Below are positions 13,339-22,857 of a DNA stretch of 64,000 bases, piece by piece. Under the pieces are notes generated by a model that had not been told where the DNA came from, ran no database searches, and saw nothing but the letters and a program-made list of their open reading frames with translations. Both the position numbers and the translations under genes were made by a program. The stretch comes from Macrostomum hystrix (taxonomy: Eukaryota > Animalia > Platyhelminthes), in assembly GCA_950097015.1 (NCBI GenBank), contig CATNEN010000029.1, positions 8,370,001 through 8,434,000 of the forward strand, read 5' to 3'. Position 1 is the stretch's first letter, and every line of letters starts with the position of its first letter.

Positions 13339-16300
13339 TCAATAAAAGCTGACATTGTCCAAGTAGGAGCGCAGATTAGCACGCACAGTCTCTACCGGAT
13401 ACGCCGCCCTAGCCTGGTGCAGCAGTTCAGCGAATTGCACAAATCTTTGATAACCCGGAGCGGCCTCTTCGCACACTGGATGGCAGGGACAAGCGAAAGG
13501 CGATTTGTCCATAACACAACGCTGCGTATCGGGATCAACCGAGGCAACCCACGGTATGAGATTGTGACACGGAAAGCTGAACGGCGGCACGTGACAGATT
13601 TCGCGCATATTTGCCGCAATGAAGCGCACTTTAACTAGCCAGGCTTTGTCGTCCGTCAGGTTCTGTGGTTTCTTTTTAACAAGATTTCGCAAATAGTCTC
13701 GGTTGTGAGCGCAACGCTTACAGGCCTCTCTAGGCTCGCACTGGAATCGTATAACGCAGAAGCCGCAGTTCTGATTCGGACGAATCGGATCGCGCGGCAC
13801 GTGAACGCTGCGCATTTTAGGCAAGAGTTCACGCAGGCACTTCATTAGCTGCGAAATGGGCAGGTCGGTTGGCAACTCCCACAGTAACAGAAATGGCGCA
13901 TCTGCTTTGGTTGGCCAAAAGAGAAACCTGTCCGGTAGGCTGGAGGCGTACTCGTGACACGTACCGGTGCTGTATTCGCGGAAGCACAAACTGGCGGCTA
14001 CGGGGTTGAGTTGAGTCTTGCACGTGCGTTGCAAACCTTCTGCTGTTAATGCATGATTCGCAGTGCTAATCGGCATTTTTAGGATCTGCTTTTCGGCTGC
14101 CGCAGTAGCAGTCAATTCTTTAACTTGGACTGGAGCCTCCGTGAACGGCTCGGTTTGCTTTACAACTTTGTTAGGCTCAACCAATCGAACGACAGCTTCT
14201 AGCACAGATTTGACGACATTTTGAACGATTTCTGCTACGTTATCATCAGCTTCCTCTGACAAAAAATCGAAATATGCAATAGGCGCTCGAACTGTGGTGC
14301 TGTCTTTATTGCTTACCCCAACTGACTCTTCCGAAGCTGATGGTGCATTCTCTACGCATTCCAAACCAGTATTAGCGGCTGCTGCATCAAGTGGCTTTGG
14401 CTCAGCCGAACGTTTAGTCTGGTTAATCAATGCTGACTCACAGCCTGTATCATTTACAGAAACGATTGTACTGGTCTCTTCATCTGCAACCGCCTTTAGC
14501 ATTTCTTCTTCTGCTATCGCAACGGCACTACTAATAACATCATGCATTTCAATGACTTCGCTTTCTCGACAGTTATTTTCATCAGTTGCCTTTGCAGCTT
14601 CTAAATAGCCAGTTGCCTCAAATGCGCTGCTTGCAGGAATTCGGTCATCAACTGTATCAAACAACGCTTCAATTGGATCGGATGTTAAATCCTTGTCGCT
14701 TGCATCTGCAATGTTGGCGCCAGATAGACTAGGATCCGCAGTGTTAAACAATTCATCCGCGGTTATCATAGAATCAGCTAGCATGGTTAAATGCTTGGCA
14801 TGCGCAGTTTCATCGATGGAAGCTATATTAGCTTCCGTTGCAGCGACGATGGAAATTGCCTTCTTAGGATTTTCTTCCGCTGTCTCTACAACCCTATCGA
14901 CTCGACTTTCGGTCTCCGCTGAAACAGAAACTTCGTTAGGATTATTTACTTCCACTGCGACCGTCTTAAGATCCTCGCCTGTCTCTTTTGCTAGCTCTGG
15001 ACTTGCGACTTCGGAATCAGTTACTTGAACGGGTTTCAGCTCTTCAGCACGTTGGCTAGGAGCGCCAGTGGATACGTCGGCAACAACCTCTTCATCTTCT
15101 GTTGATTCCGCTTCAGACTCCACTCTAAATTCAGCATCCGTATCTGGCATTCCCTCGATCTCAGAATCTGATGCATCGCAGTCGCCATCTGACTTGACTA
15201 GAAGCTGTTTTTTCAACATAACCTCAATCTCACCTTCTGGTAGCGATCCTTCAAAATTGATTGACGCTTGGTTATTGGAATTAGCTGAGAGTTCACTTGA
15301 AGTCTGCACAGCCATCACGGCAACATTGCGAGCTACTTGTTTCAAATAATCAATAGATAGAGTTTTACCATCCATAGGTGCCAAAACGGCGGCATAAGAG
15401 CCAGTAGATGGGTGCACTGCGACGTAGCAACTACATTGACAGTTTAATAATAAGCTTTCCAGGCGTTCTCCAACCCAAGCGCAGTTAACATCAGCAGGGA
15501 AGCCAGAAACAACGTAATAAGTTTCCAAACCGCTAGAAATGTACCAATTATCGGATCCAGAAGCACCAGTGGAAGCGGCGGGTACAAAAGAACCAATGGC
15601 TGGCTGCTTGTTTAGTGAGTCAGCCTGTTGAAGCATTTTTAGGCCTAACAGGAACAGGTTAGAATCCTTTGCTCGTTTGTTGTCGAATTCATTACGTTGT
15701 CTTTTTCTATCGGGAGACTCTTTGACTGATCGCGACGGCGGCTTAGGCGACAAGCGCGCACCGTTCGGTTCATGGGTCAGAGCAGAAGCTGCAGCAGCGG
15801 CAGCGAAAGCGGATGCTGATGCAGTGGTAGTTCGCTCTGAGTGACGCGAAGAGGACTCAATAACTCGACTTCTAGACGAACTACTCGGTGACTTGGACTT
15901 TCCAGAGTCGCCGTGACGACGATGTCGAGGCGACGTATTTCTTGAACGAGACCGGTTGCCATGACGATGCCGAGAGCTGCTAGTCCTTCGCTCTGAACGA
16001 TCATCATAGCGATCCCGACGGGATTTCGATCTTGATTTTGATCTATAACGATTGCTTGAGAGACGACGGTGCGAATTGCTCCGCGAGCTGGAGCGGCTGG
16101 CCTTTCGCCGATCCGAAGAACTCGGAGACCTAGATTTGTTGCGTAACTGCTGACGAGCACGGCTCGGTGAAGACCGCCCGGAATCAAAGCGGTTCGATCG
16201 GCGACTGCTATCTTCAGGGGGACAGTCCACCCAACGCGATGTAGTTCTGTTCTGCTCTTGAAGCATCTGCTGCTGATGCTGAAGCATCTGCTGCTGCTGT

Positions 16301-17352
16301 TGCAGTCTTAACTGATGCTGGTGCCAAGCAGCAGCCTGCTGTGCTTGTGCCCCGTAGGCGCCGCCATAGGGCATCGACATCGGTACTGGTTGAGGAGGAT
16401 AGTTGAATTGATGCTGGCCAAGCGTTGCCGCAGGGGCAATAACGGCTGATAAAGGCGCTTGCCAATAAGGCGCCATCATGGCGGCTTGCGGCGCGTTGAT
16501 CGGATAAGGCATCGGAAAGTGTGTAGGAAATGCGAAAGGTGCTTGCTGATAGGGCATTTGAGGATAAGGATAATGTTGGTGAGGCTGGCTCATTATCATC
16601 ATCTGAGGTGGCTGTTGCAGCTGAGGTGGCGGGGTGGGCGGTGGCGAATCAAGTGCCTCCGACGGTGCCCATAGTTCGAACACGGAGAAGCCTTCTGGCG
16701 AGGAGCTCAATCGGTTGATAATTTCGAATCGTTCTGCCGAGCCAGTTGCCTCGCTTGGCAGTCTCACAAAGGCGGCCCTAGCATCGCCTAGACGTTCTAC
16801 AATTCGCACATCGCCAATAGGAATTCGTCCGCCCGCGGCAGTGTCAGCCAAGTCCGCCTCTGTTAGCTTGTCGGGCAAATTGTAGAGAAAGACAAAATTT
16901 AAACGACGCTTATCGACTGGCTGGCGACTACCGCCGGTGCCACTCTGAATGTAAACTGGACAGGCGACGCAGCGGGCGGACAAATGACGATAAGTATCTT
17001 CCCACTGGCTGGCGTCCAGCTGATCGAAAAGAGTCACACAACAGCTGCCCGGTAGCTCGGCAGAGTTGCGCACACGCGAGCCCAACGGTTCCAATAGTTC
17101 CCTAAGTTCGCAAGTGATTCGACGCAAGAATACAAAATCTGATTTAACCAGCTCCAGATCATCGGCGCTGCTTCCGGCACCGCCGGATGATGATGCGGCA
17201 GCTGCTGCCGCCGCTGCGGCACCTGGCCGCTTATCTGGCGGCAGCATGCGTTCCTGATGACGCTTGCCAAGCATGTGCACTTCGTAGCCTTCGCGCGTCA
17301 TCATGCCAACAGAGCACAGGTCGCAGTAGAATGGAAAAGAATCGCGATCCAT
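13339..17352 (-). CDS. Intronless ~1337-aa protein, paralogue C: matrin/U1-like C2H2 zinc finger, degenerate RRM-like domains, Q/P-rich and RS-rich regions, acidic linker, C-terminal RRM + Cys/His module
   Basis: 4-kb uninterrupted ORF. FYCDLCSVGMMTREGYEVHMLGKRHQ (Zn finger); RS dipeptide tract; RRM LLLWELP...RSVHVPRD...NCGFCVIRF; motif PFSFPCHNLIPW...SPFACPCHPVC. First ATG at 17352 (the track used TTG at 17358). AATAAA on the minus strand at 13190-13195. Confidence 0.9.
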   Translation of the reverse strand: MDRDSFPFYCDLCSVGMMTREGYEVHMLGKRHQERMLPPDKRPGAAAAAAAAASSSGGAGSSADDLELVKSDFVFLRRITCELRELLEPLGSRVRNSAELPGSCCVTLFDQLDASQWEDTYRHLSARCVACPVYIQSGTGGSRQPVDKRRLNFVFLYNLPDKLTEADLADTAAGGRIPIGDVRIVERLGDARAAFVRLPSEATGSAERFEIINRLSSSPEGFSVFELWAPSEALDSPPPTPPPQLQQPPQMMIMSQPHQHYPYPQMPYQQAPFAFPTHFPMPYPINAPQAAMMAPYWQAPLSAVIAPAATLGQHQFNYPPQPVPMSMPYGGAYGAQAQQAAAWHQHQLRLQQQQQMLQHQQQMLQEQNRTTSRWVDCPPEDSSRRSNRFDSGRSSPSRARQQLRNKSRSPSSSDRRKASRSSSRSNSHRRLSSNRYRSKSRSKSRRDRYDDRSERRTSSSRHRHGNRSRSRNTSPRHRRHGDSGKSKSPSSSSRSRVIESSSRHSERTTTASASAFAAAAAASALTHEPNGARLSPKPPSRSVKESPDRKRQRNEFDNKRAKDSNLFLLGLKMLQQADSLNKQPAIGSFVPAASTGASGSDNWYISSGLETYYVVSGFPADVNCAWVGERLESLLLNCQCSCYVAVHPSTGSYAAVLAPMDGKTLSIDYLKQVARNVAVMAVQTSSELSANSNNQASINFEGSLPEGEIEVMLKKQLLVKSDGDCDASDSEIEGMPDTDAEFRVESEAESTEDEEVVADVSTGAPSQRAEELKPVQVTDSEVASPELAKETGEDLKTVAVEVNNPNEVSVSAETESRVDRVVETAEENPKKAISIVAATEANIASIDETAHAKHLTMLADSMITADELFNTADPSLSGANIADASDKDLTSDPIEALFDTVDDRIPASSAFEATGYLEAAKATDENNCRESEVIEMHDVISSAVAIAEEEMLKAVADEETSTIVSVNDTGCESALINQTKRSAEPKPLDAAAANTGLECVENAPSASEESVGVSNKDSTTVRAPIAYFDFLSEEADDNVAEIVQNVVKSVLEAVVRLVEPNKVVKQTEPFTEAPVQVKELTATAAAEKQILKMPISTANHALTAEGLQRTCKTQLNPVAASLCFREYSTGTCHEYASSLPDRFLFWPTKADAPFLLLWELPTDLPISQLMKCLRELLPKMRSVHVPRDPIRPNQNCGFCVIRFQCEPREACKRCAHNRDYLRNLVKKKPQNLTDDKAWLVKVRFIAANMREICHVPPFSFPCHNLIPWVASVDPDTQRCVMDKSPFACPCHPVCEEAAPGYQRFVQFAELLHQARAAYPVETVRANLRSYLDNVSFY

Positions 17353-17612
17353 GCTCAAAGTGGTTTTTTAAACAAGAAATTCTACTGCGCTGTGGGTTCA
17401 CACAGTTGACTACAGGGCGAGCATTTCGAGTTTTGATGAGTTTAGGTTAGGGATTAAGTTGGATGGTTGCTTTTGCTCTTTTCTAATGGCACCTGTGTTT
17501 AAGTCCTGAAAGTGAAGATGGGTGGCAGCTTGAAGGAGCTAGAGAAAACTTTGTATGATAATTTAAAAAGTATTGCCAACTAATGGCCTTAATTACTAAC
17601 ATCCTAATTGCC

Positions 17613-17893
17613 CATACATGCGCAACACCCGGCCGACCCGGCCGAACCGGCCGGGTGAAACGAGGGCCAAGCAAGGTAAGTCGCAAAAACCAATTGACCA
17701 AGCGCAAAAAAATCAAAGGGGGGACCAAGGGACAAAAAAGGAAGGCGTGAAGAAAAGGAAAAAGGGGAGAGAAAAAGAGAGCAAATGAGAGCAAACTAAG
17801 TCGTAAATAGAGCAATGAAATGAACTAAGTCGCAAATGAGAGCAAAAACTAAGTCGCACGGCCGGCTAAGATTTGGGAGGTTGCGCATGTATG
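17613..17893. mobile_element. MITE, 281 bp, with 14-bp perfect TIRs and an 8-bp TSD (hAT- or P-type)
   Basis: TIRs catacatgcgcaac (17613-17626) and gttgcgcatgtatg (17880-17893); identical flanking taattgcc at 17605-17612 and 17894-17901. Confidence 0.9.
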
Positions 17894-20439
17894 TAATTGC
17901 CTTGTAGTTGTATTTCAACTTTTGTAATCATGGGACAAAATGCCTCTTGTTGAGTTAGTAAAAAATTTTCTAGTTAACTTTTTAAGTTAATAAGTTAAGT
18001 TAAGTTATAACATCATATTAGGCTAACAGCAATGTTATAGGTGTCAAACATAACATTACGTCATTTTAAAAAGGCTAAGAATCCTGAACTAAGGATTCTA
18101 ATAATACTTATAATAGTTATCATAGCTAGAATAGTACAAAAAAGTTAGCTAGCTCTGAGTAAACACCTGCTTAGTTTTATAACTTTTAGTTACATTTTTG
18201 ACAAGCATCTGGTTTTTATGCATTTTTTTCAATTTGCAGCTATATTATTTTGTATAGTGATTGCCTATGACTATGAATTTTAAAAAAGAAAATATTTCTT
18301 TAAAAAATAGCTATACAAATATAAACTACTTAAAACATGATAGGCCCTACTGTGACTAATATAAATGATTTCAACATTTAACAAGAGCACAGGCCTAATT
18401 ATAGCAATGGCTAGATGGTTACATACACTCAAAATAAGACTCTGATATAACAAACTATTGATAATTAAATATGAAAATAATATAACACTTCAGCAGAATA
18501 CCTAAATTATATATTTGTTGATTGGTTAAAGTTTCTGAGTTAGTATTTAAACAGCTAGTTTTATTGCACAAAAAGAGGGTTCTTACAACTAGCTAGACAT
18601 AAAAAGAGCCATTTAATTGAATTGAATATATTGAATTCACAGTTGCAATTTTGAAATAGTATATTTATAATTAGAATAAACAAAAAACAATTAATGGCCA
18701 CTATACCAAAACTACAATAACTAAAAAACTACCAAAATATACTTTGTCCTATTTGTCATGCTTTATTATCTTAATTCTTAAAATCTAGCTAGATAGAATG
18801 TGGTAGCTTGTGATGACCTAAAGATTAACTTTTTGGATGTGTTGCTATATAAGGGATTCACTTATATAGCATGGGATAGGGGCCTATAGAGTCCTGATGA
18901 CCAACATGTGAGAAAAGGCTATGGATACATACTAAAGCTTACAGGTCCCTGTTAGGGCCTACAGCTAGTCTATACTACATCTTTAGGTGTGCTCTTTCCC
19001 AAGAGCAAGAGGTTGCATCCAGAGATCTGATGGGCCATGCTAGTGTCCTAGCCCTGAGAAACTCAAACTGGCAACATTTGATGATACTGCTAGAGTCTAT
19101 AGAGTCACAACCATTGTGACCAGAACCTGTTGGCACTAGTCCTCATAGCCTTGCACTAGCCCACTGCAGTGGCTGTGCTAGGGCCAATGCTAACCTATGA
19201 CTTCAAGTTCAACTAACTGCTATACTGTTTGCAGGCCATTGGACTCAAGGCTTAGTCACATTGAACTGCCCGTCTCATTTGTTTATATTGCTAGGGCTAA
19301 CTAGCTAGCTGATATATTTTTCTCAGTTTTCCCCTTTGTATATCTATATATATATAAGGCCTTGGCCTATAAAATAAAAACTCTACTCACCTAAGCTACA
19401 ATAAAAAGAAATCCAAATTTAATTATTTAGCTTTGTGTGGTAAGCAAACAATCTAGCTTTTGTGCCCTTCCAAGTAGAACAATTAAATGGTCATGACTGT
19501 AACTACAAGCCAAATGTAGCTACTTTCAAGCCATCCTGTCACATCTGTCATATACAACCATGACATGACTGAGTTATAGTTAGCACATATAGCTAGCTTA
19601 GACAAAATGATCAGGCCAACAAATGGATAACTTATGTCATGAGCAATATAGGAATAGACAAAAAACATCATCAACATCAAAATTTTATTTAAAACTTCTA
19701 AAACATGGTTGAAAAAATGCAAGGAAACAGACATCATGGATATTGTTAATTGATTGTTGTTAGGGGCCTATTAGAAATAAAAACTACACTTAAATATGAG
19801 GAAATACAGCAGAGACCAATCTTAATAATATTATTACGACACTTTAAATTCGAAGTCCTAGTAGTATGGGTGGCCGTTAAGCCGTCGTCACCGATGACGA
19901 TGTACTCGTAATTAATTCTGGTGTAACTTCTTTAAGGTTCCCAATCATGAGTCCTGTCACCGACAGACACTTCAATTTAAACGGAAAATAAAACAAAAAC
20001 ATGAATTCTCGCTTAAATTTTCTTTGAAGCAGAAACGTCCGTCAGAAAATGTCTGGGTACTCTGGGAACTCATTTCATCTATGTTTCTTGGATTTAATTC
20101 AAGACACAAAATCACAGGTTTTAAATTTGAGATGTGGTGCATATTAGAATAAGGGATACAACTTATTGCTGCGATTACGAATAGGCATTAAGCCTTAAGG
20201 TATTTCAGAAGTACTTAAATATATACAAAAAATTATAGTCTGTATAGACATATGTATATGCCTATATGGACACAGACACGGACATATTCTCCCCTGAATT
20301 TTTTTGGCAGCGCCAAGCTGTGCTAACAGCGTTGGGTTGTGACTGATTGGTTGACAGACTGGACAAATGGTGTACTGTGGTTGACCTGCGCCTAGTATTT
20401 TGGCTTGATCAGTGAAATGGAGAAATTGTAGGCCAACCT

Positions 20440-20635
20440 CCAAGGGACAGTAAATGAGATTATCTGAGCCTTACGGGCAGATGTACACACATGTGTGAGC
20501 GTATGCCTGCGAAACGGTATCTGTGTGCGTGAATGCTCAGGAGTCAGCGGAATGTTCAGAATTGCCTCCTTGCTGGCTGCAGGTCTAGTGTCACCAAATG
20601 ATGTGCAATTGCGCGCAGCCCTCCTGCAATAATTT
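20440..20635 (+). mobile_element. SINE family 2, 5'-truncated copy
   Basis: gggcagatgtacacac...ctcaggagtcagcgg...ggtctagtgtcaccaaatgatgtgc...ccctcctgcaata matches the 3' half of the copy at 56915-57280. Confidence 0.85.
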
Positions 20636-22358
20636 TTTTTGAGCCTACATACATAATTACGCAATGATTATGTAATTTCACCACCGCCCTCATCTCCCCA
20701 AAGCTTACTGTACATCGTCGGGCCCATCAGAGACCGGCAGGGCTCGGTTTTACACTGTCCAGGGTCAAGGATTTCAACGAATACTTTCCATCACGGTTCA
20801 CGCGTGATTTTTTCCCAATATAGTCCCATCATTTTTCCTCCCAAAAAGTCAGACCCTTCTTGCACTTCGGGACACCTTTGACATCCTTGTCCGACTTTAG
20901 ACTACCTGTTCACCAGTCCCCAGCTGCTAGTTCTGTATTCCCTTCCCGAAAGCTATCACTACATGTCGAATCCCCAATCCTTGTTATATTAATCCCCATC
21001 CCCTGAGTCGCTACTGCATGCCTTCGGCTCTGAAGATCGCCGGTCAACATCGCGCTTTGCCGCCTGACCCCTGGAGTACAGACGAGTCAAGCCGGGACTG
21101 TTTGAGCTCGACTCAGTGTGTTTCATTTTTTTTCTTACTAATAGTAGTACTGATTGCTCACAGAGCCCATTCATGAAAGGCTATAGGCATTCACCGGTGA
21201 AGCGGGGCACTGATCGACCTTGTTTGAAGGGATTGAAAGTCTAAATTGAAACCTTAGCTAATACCTCATCCAGCTAAAGTACAAAAGTACAAGTTCGCTA
21301 TGCGAAAGATCATATATGCAGGACCCCCAGTTGATGACCAGCATGGAGTCCCTCTAGCAGTCCTTATTCTCTCTTTCTGACCTAAATATTAGTCGGAGCA
21401 ACCGGGGCCCCTGCCTCGTTAGATTTTAGTTATGGTATCTTGAACCGCAAGTAATGGTGTCAGAACTACTCTAAGTAGTCCCTAACCTAAAACTCACTGG
21501 CTATAAAATTAGAGATAGACAATGGGACCTTGGCCAGTCGGACTAAAACCTAGCTATCAATCACCACTAGGGCAGGTGACAATGGGGGAATTAAGGCCCG
21601 ATCCCCTTCCACCTTGGGATCCGCACTGTGGGTTTTCCAGCGCTCGCATTAAGTCATACCGGGGTTTCATCAATTGTCCATGATGCATTTCACTTCATCC
21701 AGGTACACGCGATGGGCCCTGAAAATGATGATTCAACTCTAAAGAAAACGACATTACAATTTTTTGTATTTACATACAGTTAATAGGCTGCAAACTAAGA
21801 CGGGTGCTTAACTTACACTTACTTACAACACTAAACCCTAGGCCCAAATCCATTTCATCACAGGTTCACGAATCAATGCACCATGCATCCACACTGAAAA
21901 CTATGTTCTGTGACCACCATTTGATTAAAAAATGACTTTGAAGTATCATTGTTGATTTGTTTAGATCTTCTGACTGCCCCTCCTATTCATAATCTGGTAC
22001 ATTTATAATTTATAAATAACACTTGTACATTATGGGTTGGGTTTAAAAAGTACATAGCGCATTGTTCGCTTGAGTGATGGGCGACAATAATAGTGCTTGC
22101 TGCTTGGAAGCAAATTATGTGCAATGCCACTAAAAGGACGAAGCTAAAGATTAAAATATATGAATGCAGTGAGGAGAGGGAAACGGACCCCTGCAGGAAA
22201 AGGACTGTGTTCAGAGAAATCGCTTGCATGAAAAAGTTGGTGTGCAAAAGAAGATTATGCGCAAGCTGGCTGCCAATAAAGGGAGCTTGGAAAAGTTAAA
22301 GATTATCTCCAGGTTGAGGCGGAGATTAACAAGAGTTCCCTGTGCCTTTTCCCTAGAT

Positions 22359-22857
22359 CAGGGGTCGGCAAACTCCGGCCCGCGGGCCAGATGCGGCCCT
22401 CAAAGCTCCCAAATCCGGCCCGTTGCCCCTTCCAACACCTATAGTATACAGTTTCATCTTTCCCCTGTCTCATCTCTCCCGTGTGTCACCTCTCCCGTGT
22501 CTTATCTCTCCATTGTCTCGTCTGTTCCGTGTCTTGTCTCTCCTTTGTCTCACCTCTCCTGTGTCTTATCTCTCCCGTGTCTCATCTCTCCCGTATGTCA
22601 TCTCTCCCATGTCTCGTCTCTCCCGTGTCTCATCTATCCAGTGTCTTATCTCGCTATTTGTCTCGTCTCTCCCGTACCTTATCTCTCCTTTGTCTCATCT
22701 CTCTCGTGTCTCATCTCTTCTCTCTCTTATCTCTCCTGTTTGTCATCTCTCCCCTATCTCTGATATATCGCTCTTAGATTTCTACAGTCTGCGCGGCCCG
22801 CTGTCGTCTTTTAGGTTCTCTTTTTGGCCCGCTAGCTAATAAGTTTGCCGACCCCTG
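22359..22857. mobile_element. hAT (Charlie-like) MITE, 499 bp
   Basis: Perfect 16-bp TIRs caggggtcggcaaact / agtttgccgacccctg; subterminal cggcccgc motifs; 8-bp TSD ccctagat at 22351-22358 and 22858-22865; CT-rich internal repeats. Confidence 0.95.

Noticed and set aside
20680-22330. Possible small spliced gene (e.g. minus AHRVYLDEVKCIMDN* at about 21670-21720, or plus LALSHTGVSSIVHDAFHFIQ)
   Set aside because: Splice-like signals occur on both strands, with no consistent phase chain and no recognisable motif; needs RNA-seq
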